A stretch of DNA of 61,057 bases, the filler included. It is 6 parts of 6 records of this genome, joined end to end, with 100 filler letters (N's around TTAATTAATTAA, not from the genome) between each part and the next. Parts side by side here need not be neighbours in the genome. Positions count along the whole stretch, not along the records: positions 1 to 20,513 come from SRR20825010_1166; 5 more parts are not named here. One strand, written 5' to 3'. Positions 1 through 10,115 of the stretch are shown here, in pieces. A model generated the notes under the pieces. That model searched no databases and was not told the origin of the DNA. It saw only the letters and a program-made list of their open reading frames with translations. Position numbers and translations under genes: made by a program. Numbering within the stretch: the stretch's first letter is position 1; each line of letters starts with the position of its first letter.

Positions 1-3
1 GGC

Positions 4-1704
<1,701 letters not shown>

Positions 1705-1713
1705 TCAGAGTGA

Positions 1714-2001
1714 TTACTCAATGATCCCCATGATGTCTTTTTCTTGCATGATCAGCAGGTCTTGGCCGTCAACCTTAACCTCGGTGCCGGACCATTTGCC
1801 GAACAGAACCTTGTCGCCGACCTTTACGTCAAGCGCGGTTACTTTGCCGTCTTCGGCTTTGATACCTGTACCAACAGCGATCACTTCGCCTTCTGATGGT
1901 TTTTCTTTAACTGTATCCGGCAGAATGATGCCGCCAGCAGTTTTAGCTTCGCTCTCTAGGCGCTTGACCAATACGCGGTCATGAAGCGGACGAAAAGCCA
2001 T
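1714..2001 (-). CDS. groES: Co-chaperonin GroES
   Basis: 95 aa; [10 protein letters not shown] and [10 protein letters not shown] mobile loop; directly upstream of groEL. Confidence 0.99.
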   Translation of the reverse strand: MAFRPLHDRVLVKRLESEAKTAGGIILPDTVKEKPSEGEVIAVGTGIKAEDGKVTALDVKVGDKVLFGKWSGTEVKVDGQDLLIMQEKDIMGIIE

Positions 2002-2040
2002 GGTTTGTCTCCTAATATGATAAACCGGAAATTTGAACTG

Positions 2041-2067
2041 TTAGCACTCACTTCCCATGAGTGCTAA
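2041..2067. promoter_or_regulatory. CIRCE element (HrcA operator)
   Basis: TTAGCACTC-acttcccat-GAGTGCTAA, an exact match to TTAGCACTC-N9-GAGTGCTAA, 40 bp upstream of groES. Confidence 0.97.
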
Positions 2068-2079
2068 CACCGTGCCTCT

Positions 2080-2108
2080 ATTTATGCCTCTCTCGTGACA
2101 GGTTCAAG
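2080..2108 (-). promoter_or_regulatory. Probable RpoH (sigma32) promoter of groESL
   Basis: Minus strand CTTGAA-N16-CATAAAT just upstream of CIRCE; resembles the alphaproteobacterial CTTG-N17/18-CYTATNT consensus. Confidence 0.55.
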
Positions 2109-2286
2109 GGGGTACAGCAGATTTTTTGTGAATATTTTGAGACTGATTTGATTTCGGCCGCTACGGCACGGATAAAGATGCCTCTACATATGGTCGCGAA
2201 AGCTTCAAGGCACGACGTCAAAAGCATTCATACCCACGCGATCACCTATAAAAGAAAATCGCGTGGGGTTCGTTTTTGGCAGCTGA

Positions 2287-4059
2287 CTAGAGCTTTATAA
2301 ACGGTACATTTTCACTATTGTGGCTCGCTCGCTCAAGCAGCTTTTTGGTCATCGCGGCTTCCCCATCACGCCCAAGCTTCACTTGCGTCTGCCACAAACC
2401 AAACAGAGACCAAGCGCTGTTGGGGTGCCGCACGAGGCTCGCCTTGAACGCATTCTCGGCATCATCATACCTTCCTGCTTCATAATAGGCCGCGCCAAGG
2501 CTCTGCTCTGCAGCATAATACCAAAAAGGCGGTTCTGTGTAGCTCATGCTGTCTTGGCTTGCGACCGCCTTTTCAAACAGCGGCACTGCCTCAAGATGTT
2601 TCCCTTGGCTCATCAGGTATCGGCCTTCTACCGTATCCCTCGCAACACGAAGAATCGCCACCGCAGGTATGCTGGCATTTTTAATATCCTCATGCTCAAG
2701 AAGCGCCTCAATGGCCTCTATTTCAGCTTCCGCTCGTGCATCGCCAGCTGCCGCAAGCGCTGTACCACGCGCATAATGCCACATAGCCTTGATATAGGCG
2801 AAATCTTCCCCCGGATCAGGTAAGGCAAGCACTTCATCAAGGCTCGAAAACTGCGCCTGCACAAAATATGGCGCCGCTTTGATTGGCGCAATCCAGGCTG
2901 CTTCCCGGAGCACTTCAAGAGGGATCAGCGCATCAAGTTTAGCGGCGTATTCGAGCGCAACCGCGCCGTCTGATGCCATTTGCGCCGACACCAACACAAA
3001 ATGCACATTGTGCGGATAATAGCCGAAACGGTAGAGGTTAGAGCCCGATGTACTCGCGAGGTAGGCCTCATCCACCGCCACAGCTTTGATGTTGGTCTCC
3101 AAACTATCCAGATAACGGCCGATACGATAATAAATATGCCCCGGCATATGCACCAAATGCCCCGCCCCCGGCGCTAGGCCGGCAAGCTTGTCGGCATAAG
3201 GTTCGGCCTTTGCTGCAATGCTGCTTGCTTCATACAGGTGAATATATAGATGGATTGCGCCGTAGTGATCCGGATTGGTGGCGAGGACCTTCTCAATCGT
3301 GTCGATCGCGACTTGAATGTGAGGTTTCGGGGTGGTGAAATCTCTTTCCCAATAATCCCAAGGCGAGGCATCCATCAACGATTCCGCATACAGTGTGGCG
3401 ATATCCTGATCATTTGGGTACAGCTTTACCACCCCCGCCATTGCATCCGCATACTTTTGGTCCAACTCAGCGCGGGTGACATTTTCATCCATGCTGTAGC
3501 GCTGCCGCAATGCATCAATTAGCTGTGCTTCGCGCTCATTTGCGTATTGACGGAGACTATGTGCTTGCTCAACCGCCACAACCGCCTGTGCATGTGCGGC
3601 CTCATCCATCGGGGCGTTGATATTCGGGCCAAGCGCATAAGCCTCCCCCCAATAACAAATTGCGCATTCTGGGTCTAACTCCTGAGCCTTTTTGAAGGCA
3701 CGGACCGCTTCCCAATGGTTAAAGCCATAGAGCAGAGCAAAACCCTGGCGGAAATAGGCGCGTGTCAGGGCTACTTCGCTTGAAATTGGGAAATCTCGAT
3801 CATCCAGCCCCTCAATCAGCGGTACGTCCGTGTCTGAAACATCGTCGGCGAATGCTGCGCTCGACAACAGATGTGCCACATCCGGGCGAAACAGTATTCC
3901 GCGCTTCGTGCCGACCGGGCCGCAGATATTCTGCCTGATCTCTGTCGGGTTAAAGGCGTAAGGCACCGGATCGGCCACACCAGCCTCATTGGGTGCCTGC
4001 AACAAATAGAGACCGCCACAGGCGGCAAGTAGAGCAAATGGTGGCAATAACGATTTCAT
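2287..4059 (-). CDS. Exported TPR-repeat protein with His-rich core
   Basis: 590 aa; hydrophobic N-terminus (LAAC possible lipobox), TPR-like helices (AFKKAQELDPECAICYWGEAYA), HYGAIHLYIH / GHLVHMPGHIY / YYPHNVHF motifs. Confidence 0.8.
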   Translation of the reverse strand: MKSLLPPFALLAACGGLYLLQAPNEAGVADPVPYAFNPTEIRQNICGPVGTKRGILFRPDVAHLLSSAAFADDVSDTDVPLIEGLDDRDFPISSEVALTRAYFRQGFALLYGFNHWEAVRAFKKAQELDPECAICYWGEAYALGPNINAPMDEAAHAQAVVAVEQAHSLRQYANEREAQLIDALRQRYSMDENVTRAELDQKYADAMAGVVKLYPNDQDIATLYAESLMDASPWDYWERDFTTPKPHIQVAIDTIEKVLATNPDHYGAIHLYIHLYEASSIAAKAEPYADKLAGLAPGAGHLVHMPGHIYYRIGRYLDSLETNIKAVAVDEAYLASTSGSNLYRFGYYPHNVHFVLVSAQMASDGAVALEYAAKLDALIPLEVLREAAWIAPIKAAPYFVQAQFSSLDEVLALPDPGEDFAYIKAMWHYARGTALAAAGDARAEAEIEAIEALLEHEDIKNASIPAVAILRVARDTVEGRYLMSQGKHLEAVPLFEKAVASQDSMSYTEPPFWYYAAEQSLGAAYYEAGRYDDAENAFKASLVRHPNSAWSLFGLWQTQVKLGRDGEAAMTKKLLERASHNSENVPFIKL

Positions 4060-4222
4060 GATTTCCCCCGTTTATTGCTTTTGTAACCGGCACAACGCAA
4101 CACTCGCGCCTCTTAAACTAACAGTTTAGCACAGTAGCGCTCACCTACCAGCAGCTTTACCTCACCCGACTTGGCGAAATGTCTCAGGCGTGGCATGCTA
4201 GGGCCAAATCAGGGAGGGATAT

Positions 4223-5548
4223 ATGGGCAAAAACGGCGCTTTGAACGGTCCAGACACATTGAATGTCGCAGTCATCGGCGCAGGTCCTGCTGGTTACTAT
4301 ACCGCCGAAGCACTGACAGGGACCGATCAATCAGTGAATGTTGATATCATTGACCGTCTCCCTACGCCATTTGGCCTGATCCGTGCCGGTGTCGCCCCTG
4401 ACCATCAATCCATCAAAAACGTATCTCGCCGGTATGAGGCCACCAACCAGCGCGACAATGTACGGTTTGTCGGCAACCTCTCGCTTGGCCGTGATATTAC
4501 ACTCACAGAGTTACGCGAACTGTATGACGCTGTTGTGCTTGCAACAGGCGCGGGTAAAGATCGCCCGCTGCGCATTGAAGGTGAAGACCTGCATGGCGTC
4601 ATAGGCTCGGGCGCCTTTGTTGGCTGGTACAATGCGCACCCTGATTATAAAGACCTGCAGCCTGATCTACGCGTCGCGTCTGTCGCTGTGATCGGTAACG
4701 GTAATGTAGCGGTTGATGTAGCCCGTGTGCTGGCTAAAACCGCCAGCGAGATGTCGTCATCAGACTTGGCTGACCATGCTGCCAACAGCATCCACGGTTC
4801 CCCGATCAAGGATATATATATCCTTGGACGACGCGGTCCGCTTGAAGCCAGCTTCACCCCCAAAGAGCTTGGTGAACTAAACCGGCTGGAGAACTGCGTT
4901 GCGCTGGTGGATGGAAGCCAACTGCCTGATGAGGCCACAGGTGAAACACTCGCAGGTGCCGCCAAAAAGAACATGGCAGCGTTAAGAACCATGGCAGCCA
5001 ACACGCCTGACATGAAACCCGTGCGCCTTCACCTCCAGTTTTATCGCCGCCCTATGGCGATACTGGGTGAAAAATGTGTCTGCGGCATCCGGCTTGAAGA
5101 AACACGCGTTGAAGACGGCAAATGTATTGGTACGGGCGTCACAGAAGTGTTGCCTGCCGGGCTGATCGTGCCGTGCATCGGGTATCGCACCAGCCCAATA
5201 CCTGACGTGCCCTATAGTGAACGCTACGGTCACTTTGAAAATGAGGACGGCCGCATCGACGATGGCCTTTATTGCGTAGGCTGGGCAAAGCGCGGCCCCA
5301 CAGGCACCATCGGCACCAATAAGCCAGATGGTGTCGAGGTGGCTCAAAAAATCCTCAGTGAAGTACACGCTTCGGGGAAAGCAGGCCGCGCGGGCCTTGA
5401 CCATGTTGTGAAGGAGCGTGACCTTCATATCGTGACCTTCCAAACCTGGAAGAAAATTGAGGCAAGTGAGGAAGCCAGCGCGGCGGCAGGCGCCCCGCGC
5501 AAAAAACTTGTCGACGTGAATGAGATGGTTCGTATTGCGGAAAGTTAA
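4223..5548 (+). CDS. Ferredoxin-NADP+ reductase, adrenodoxin-reductase/FprA type
   Basis: 441 aa; IGAGPAG FAD motif, PFGLIRAGVAPDH, IGNGNVAVDVAR NADP motif, GWAKRGPTG. Confidence 0.9.
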   Translation: MGKNGALNGPDTLNVAVIGAGPAGYYTAEALTGTDQSVNVDIIDRLPTPFGLIRAGVAPDHQSIKNVSRRYEATNQRDNVRFVGNLSLGRDITLTELRELYDAVVLATGAGKDRPLRIEGEDLHGVIGSGAFVGWYNAHPDYKDLQPDLRVASVAVIGNGNVAVDVARVLAKTASEMSSSDLADHAANSIHGSPIKDIYILGRRGPLEASFTPKELGELNRLENCVALVDGSQLPDEATGETLAGAAKKNMAALRTMAANTPDMKPVRLHLQFYRRPMAILGEKCVCGIRLEETRVEDGKCIGTGVTEVLPAGLIVPCIGYRTSPIPDVPYSERYGHFENEDGRIDDGLYCVGWAKRGPTGTIGTNKPDGVEVAQKILSEVHASGKAGRAGLDHVVKERDLHIVTFQTWKKIEASEEASAAAGAPRKKLVDVNEMVRIAES

Positions 5549-5573
5549 GCATGCGGAAGTTCTCCCGCATGCT
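5548..5573. terminator. Hairpin between convergent genes
   Basis: AGCATGCGG-N8-CCGCATGCT; no clear U-tract. Confidence 0.4.
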
Positions 5574-5586
5574 AACCCTCTACCCC

Positions 5587-6573
5587 CTATGCCCGCCAAA
5601 GCTTGACTGCCTCGTCCGCTACAATTTCCGGGTATTCTTCAGGAAAAAACAGTTTTGCGGTTTTCAGCCGTCGAATGCCTTTTGAATTTGGCATTATACC
5701 GTCAAGATAGTCTGGGCTTTCTTTGGCAAAAATATCGTCCGCCATGCCCCAAACAATGCGCACCGGCATCTTTAGCTTACGAAGCTCTGCTTCAATTCCT
5801 GCGAGCGGGTTGGGGGTCAGCCCAAGGGTATAAGCGTTTGTCAGTGCTTTACGCTCGGCGCTACGCACAAGCGGGCTGAGGTACATATCAACCGCCTCAT
5901 CGGTCGGCTGCCCCGGTTTGCTATAGCAGAGACCACCCAGTCCGTCTTTTGAGCGCGCGAGTTCTTTGTCGTTCAGCCAAGGCACAAGCCACTTATCGGG
6001 ATATGTCCCGTCTCGTGCCATTTCAATCACCGGCTCAAGCGCTGGTGGCGGGCTATCTGGCTCAACGTCACAGTTGGTGAATAAAATGCTGCGTACCCTG
6101 TCAGGGTACTTCACAGCAAATATCTGCGCGACCGCACCGCCACTATCGTTCGCAATAAGATCAACAGATGCAATGGAGAGCTGATCCAAAAAGTCCGCCA
6201 GCATCTCAGCTTGGTCTAAAGGGGCAACACTTTGGCCTTGAGCTACTTCTGTATATCCTAGCCCCATAAAGTCCGGTGCAAGGCAACGCCGTAAGCCCGT
6301 TAGTCTGGGTATAACACCACGCCACTGAAAATTATTGAGGGGAAAGCCATGCAACAGAAGTACAGTATCTCCGCGCCCCTCATCCAGATATGCGATGCGA
6401 CCGAATTTTGACTGCATATACTGCCGTTTATGTCCATAATCGTTCGCTGTATAATCTTTGGCCAGATTATTACCAAAAGCAGGTCCACTACCCACCTTTA
6501 CGACTGCCATCATCACAGCGGCGGCTGTCGTGCCTCCAGCCATTCTTAAAAACTGTCTGCGTTTCATTCTCAC
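5587..6573 (-). CDS. Alpha/beta-hydrolase fold protein (haloalkane dehalogenase/epoxide hydrolase-like) with Tat signal, lacking the catalytic His
   Basis: 328 aa; KRRQFL twin-arginine motif, LLHGFP, APDFMGLG, ANDSGG elbow, WGMADD; AKLFFPEE at the usual xGHFxxEE position. Confidence 0.85.
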   Translation of the reverse strand: MRMKRRQFLRMAGGTTAAAVMMAVVKVGSGPAFGNNLAKDYTANDYGHKRQYMQSKFGRIAYLDEGRGDTVLLLHGFPLNNFQWRGVIPRLTGLRRCLAPDFMGLGYTEVAQGQSVAPLDQAEMLADFLDQLSIASVDLIANDSGGAVAQIFAVKYPDRVRSILFTNCDVEPDSPPPALEPVIEMARDGTYPDKWLVPWLNDKELARSKDGLGGLCYSKPGQPTDEAVDMYLSPLVRSAERKALTNAYTLGLTPNPLAGIEAELRKLKMPVRIVWGMADDIFAKESPDYLDGIMPNSKGIRRLKTAKLFFPEEYPEIVADEAVKLWRA

Positions 6574-6648
6574 TTCTCCAATGCATGATCGGGCTTATTG
6601 GCTATGCCCGTTGATGACGAGATTGGCGAAGTGCACTACATGAAATCA

Positions 6649-6665
6649 ATGACCTCTAAGGTCAT
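6649..6665. promoter_or_regulatory. Palindromic operator candidate for the XRE/MmyB regulator
   Basis: ATGACCT-cta-AGGTCAT, a perfect 7-3-7 inverted repeat in the divergent intergenic region. Confidence 0.7.
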
Positions 6666-6729
6666 GGAATTATGGTATTTCAGCGCTATGATCTGGTTGA
6701 TACTGATTATCTGAAAAGAGAGAGAACGA

Positions 6730-7524
6730 GTGATGCAGCCTTACGCCCATGTTGGTGCTTTGGTACGTGCCTGGCGAACAAGCCGACACTTGAGCCAGAT
6801 GGACCTCGCGCTTAACGCCGGCGTTTCAACCCGACACCTAAGCTGTGTTGAGACCGGTAAGTCGCAGCCAAGCCCGGCGCTTCTGGCTCGCCTTTCTGAT
6901 GCACTGAGCATACCGCTCCGGGAGCAGAATGCGCTTCTTATCGCGGCCGGTTTCGCCCCTAAATATAGCCGCATTGACTTATCTGATGATGAGATCGCGC
7001 CCATAAAACAGGCCATCGACTGCATTCTAAAACAGCAGGAACCTTATCCAGCATTTGTGATAAATCGGTACTGGGACGTGCTGATGGTCAATGACGCAGC
7101 GCAACGCTTGTTCGCATACCTGCGAGAGGGTGGCGCGAAACACGGAAATATACTGCATCAGGTCTTCGACCCAAGCGATATGCGCCCACACCTTAATAAT
7201 TGGGAAGAGGTCGCGAGCGATTTGATGCGGCATCTACACAATGATATCGCGGGCTCACCACAAGATGCACGGGCAAAAGCCTTATTGAATGAGATTATGT
7301 CGTACCCGAACGTGCCTGAAGAATGGCGACACAGAGAACCCGGGACAGCGCCTCTGCCCTTGCTGACCACTTATTTTAACGACAAAAGGTCAACGCTTGC
7401 GTTTTTTTCAACTGTTTCGACCTTTGGTACACCGCGCGACGTAACACTTGCCGAAATCAGGATAGAGTGTCTTTTTCCCGCAGACGACACTACCGCGCGC
7501 AAATGCAAGGCATTGGCTGCATAA
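6730..7524 (+). CDS. XRE-family HTH regulator with MmyB-like ligand-binding domain
   Basis: 264 aa; WRTSRHLSQMDLALNAGVSTRHLSCVETGKSQPS HTH; QEPYPAFVINRYWDV; STFGTPRDVTLAEIRIE. Confidence 0.9.
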   Translation: MMQPYAHVGALVRAWRTSRHLSQMDLALNAGVSTRHLSCVETGKSQPSPALLARLSDALSIPLREQNALLIAAGFAPKYSRIDLSDDEIAPIKQAIDCILKQQEPYPAFVINRYWDVLMVNDAAQRLFAYLREGGAKHGNILHQVFDPSDMRPHLNNWEEVASDLMRHLHNDIAGSPQDARAKALLNEIMSYPNVPEEWRHREPGTAPLPLLTTYFNDKRSTLAFFSTVSTFGTPRDVTLAEIRIECLFPADDTTARKCKALAA

Positions 7525-7532
7525 AAGCTGGC

Positions 7533-7958
7533 CTATTGGCCGCGTACGCGCTTCAAAATTCCGCTGAAAGTCAGAATGGTGGTCTCGCCAGAGAATATCT
7601 CACCGCGCACGAATAAAAGCGATTTGGTTGAGCGCACCACTTCACCACGGGCTTCGATCAACTGGCCCTCAAGCCCTGCGGATACAAATTCCGCATTAAA
7701 GCCAACGGTCACAGTAGGACCACTCAGCTCTTTTCTCGCCAAGGCAAACAGCGCAAAGTCGGCAAACGTCATCAACAGACCGCCGTGCAACATGCCATGA
7801 CCATTGCAGTGCTTACGCTCGGAAACAAATGCGCACCTTATCTCTTCGTCCCTTTCCTTGAAGTAAAATGGCGCCACCAGATTTTCAAACGGGTCTTCGT
7901 CACCCCAGGTGCGATAGCCCCTTGCCTTCAGGTCTTCTGTTGTCAGCGCCACAAACAT
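7533..7958 (-). CDS. PaaI-family (hotdog fold) thioesterase
   Basis: HCNGHGMLHGGLLMTFAD motif; ATG at 7958 follows a GAAGGAAGGA RBS (the ORF track start at 8030 is too long). Confidence 0.85.
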   Translation of the reverse strand: MFVALTTEDLKARGYRTWGDEDPFENLVAPFYFKERDEEIRCAFVSERKHCNGHGMLHGGLLMTFADFALFALARKELSGPTVTVGFNAEFVSAGLEGQLIEARGEVVRSTKSLLFVRGEIFSGETTILTFSGILKRVRGQ

Positions 7959-7974
7959 TCCTTCCTTCAATAAC

Positions 7975-9108
7975 TCAATCAATATCGATGAGGGTCCCGT
8001 CAATACCGCGAACGCCTCTCTTATCAGCAATATAGTAGGCGATCAGGATTTGACCACTCGGCAACCGTGTCGCTGATGGATATCCCACATCTTTACTGGC
8101 GCTATCGTCCCTTATGACGACCTCATCGGCATCTTCAAGTCGTTGCCCAAGCTCTACCAGCCTGGCACGAACGCCCATGGGTTCATGGCGGTAGCCATAA
8201 ACCAAGAACAAGCGTCCATCTGGCAACACCAGTGGGTCATACGGGTGCCCTTTAATGCCAACACTTTCAGGTTTTGAGAATGTCTCGCCCTCATCATAAG
8301 ACGATGCAATAACAAGACGATCTTCGTTGTGTCCCGTTCGGTTAAAAACCGTGAGGGCACCCTTCGGCCAATAAGCGAGTGCAGGCTCCGCCAGCGAAAT
8401 ATCAGGCAGGGAAATCAAGGTATCCTGCACCTGCCAGCTTTCCCCATCATCCTCTGACCTGAAAAAGCGAACCGCAGGCAATTCACATCCTGCAAGGCTT
8501 CCGTTATAGGCGGGTATTAGAAGTGAGCCGTCCGCGCACTCCACCATACGGCCTCTCAGCGCAGAACTATAGGGCGCAAAAGCATCACGACCCGCCTTAA
8601 TAAGAGGGTCGCGCGGCATCAATTTATGGTCAGACCAAGTGTACCCGCCGTCGTCGCTGATCCGGGTATAGCTCGCCCAATAAATATACCCCGCACCAAA
8701 CCTGTCTGCCATCAAGGGACCGGCTAGCCCAAGCTCCTTCAGCTTCTTAGCGATCTCATAGGTAACCGGGTACCATAGAAAACCATACTGGATAAGCCTA
8801 CCCTTTGAGGTAAGAAAGAGGTTCGCATCCTGATCCCCCGCTTCCGGGTGGCTGGGCAAAGACCAAGCATCATCCTTTACCTCAAGCCCGCTATCAAGAC
8901 GCATCATCGCGATATGTGAGCGGAAATGCACATGGTCAACCGCGTCAAGGTCCTCGTCTGCCGCGTCGCCCAGTAGCCATCGGTGGTCGGGTGCCCGGCG
9001 AAACGCAAGAAGCACATCGCCGGCGGGCAATGCCAACACCGCAGGGAAGGCGCTGTAAAAGTGATCGTCACGATAGAGCGTGCGATGCTGAAGAATACGA
9101 ATTGTCAT
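7975..9108 (-). CDS. BNR/Asp-box (sialidase-like) beta-propeller protein
   Basis: Asp-boxes SDDGGYTW, SEDDGESW, SYDEGETF; YSAFP...FRR start and DVGYP near the end; ATG at 9108, just after the upstream gene's stop. Confidence 0.75.
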   Translation of the reverse strand: MTIRILQHRTLYRDDHFYSAFPAVLALPAGDVLLAFRRAPDHRWLLGDAADEDLDAVDHVHFRSHIAMMRLDSGLEVKDDAWSLPSHPEAGDQDANLFLTSKGRLIQYGFLWYPVTYEIAKKLKELGLAGPLMADRFGAGYIYWASYTRISDDGGYTWSDHKLMPRDPLIKAGRDAFAPYSSALRGRMVECADGSLLIPAYNGSLAGCELPAVRFFRSEDDGESWQVQDTLISLPDISLAEPALAYWPKGALTVFNRTGHNEDRLVIASSYDEGETFSKPESVGIKGHPYDPLVLPDGRLFLVYGYRHEPMGVRARLVELGQRLEDADEVVIRDDSASKDVGYPSATRLPSGQILIAYYIADKRGVRGIDGTLIDID

Positions 9109-9116
9109 GCACTGCC

Positions 9117-9968
9117 TTAAAAGCTGTTGTCGCCGTCTATCATACGACCAATGCCACCTAGTACGGAACCTTCGCCGCGGTCTTTGCCCCCTGCTTGTGG
9201 TGCAGCGGCAAAAATTCGCCCAGCCAAGCGGCTGAAGGGCAAGCTTTGCAGCCAAACTTTACCCGGCCCCTGCAAACGCGCGAAGAAAACACCCTCTCCG
9301 CCAAAGATCATGGATTTAACACCGCCAACGCGCTCGATGTCCATATCAACACCCGATGTCATGGCCGCCAAACACCCTGTATCAACATGCAAAACCTCGC
9401 CGGGTTTGAGTTCTTTTTCAATAATCGTTCCGCCGATATGTACAAAAGCCCAACCATCACCATCCAGACGCTGCATAATAAACCCTTCACCACCAAACAG
9501 CCCGGTCATGATCTTTTGTTGAAAATGCACCCCCATCTGCACACCACGTGCGGCTGCAAGAAAACTATCTTTCTGGCAAATCAGCCGCCCACCGTAATCG
9601 GACAGTTTAAGCGCAATAATATTGCCCGGATAAGGCGCGGCAAACGCAACCCGCGCTTTGCCTGCCCCTTCATGGGTGAAAACAGTGGTAAACAGGCTTT
9701 CCCCCGTAATCAGGCGCTTTCCCGCACCAAGCAGCTTGCCCATAAAACCCGCGTCCTGCCCAGAACCATCGCCAAATACCGATGTCATTTTCACGTCGGG
9801 CGACTTGAACATCATCGCGCCGGCTTCCGCGACCGCAGATTCGCCTGGGTCCAGCTCAACCTCAACGAACTGCATTTCCGAGCCCTTGATCTCATAATCG
9901 ATATCATCGTCTACACCTGCCACACGTGTGTGGCGGTTAATCGGTACCTGCGGAATGTGTGATGACAT
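9117..9968 (-). CDS. TIGR00266/AIM24-family protein
   Basis: 283 aa; MQFVEVELDPGESAVAEAGAM, GLFGGEGFIMQRL, GPGKVWLQSLPFSRLA. Confidence 0.9.
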   Translation of the reverse strand: MSSHIPQVPINRHTRVAGVDDDIDYEIKGSEMQFVEVELDPGESAVAEAGAMMFKSPDVKMTSVFGDGSGQDAGFMGKLLGAGKRLITGESLFTTVFTHEGAGKARVAFAAPYPGNIIALKLSDYGGRLICQKDSFLAAARGVQMGVHFQQKIMTGLFGGEGFIMQRLDGDGWAFVHIGGTIIEKELKPGEVLHVDTGCLAAMTSGVDMDIERVGGVKSMIFGGEGVFFARLQGPGKVWLQSLPFSRLAGRIFAAAPQAGGKDRGEGSVLGGIGRMIDGDNSF

Positions 9969-10115
9969 AGTTTCCCCCTATTGCTGTTGTGTATATTATG
10001 TTTGGTGCGAGCTAACATTCTCGGCATCACCTCTTGACGAGGGCCGAACCGCATCGCACCTTCTATCTAATGAAGGCATGTTGCCATCTTTTTTCAAGGT
10101 TTGGAAAGGGCAGCC

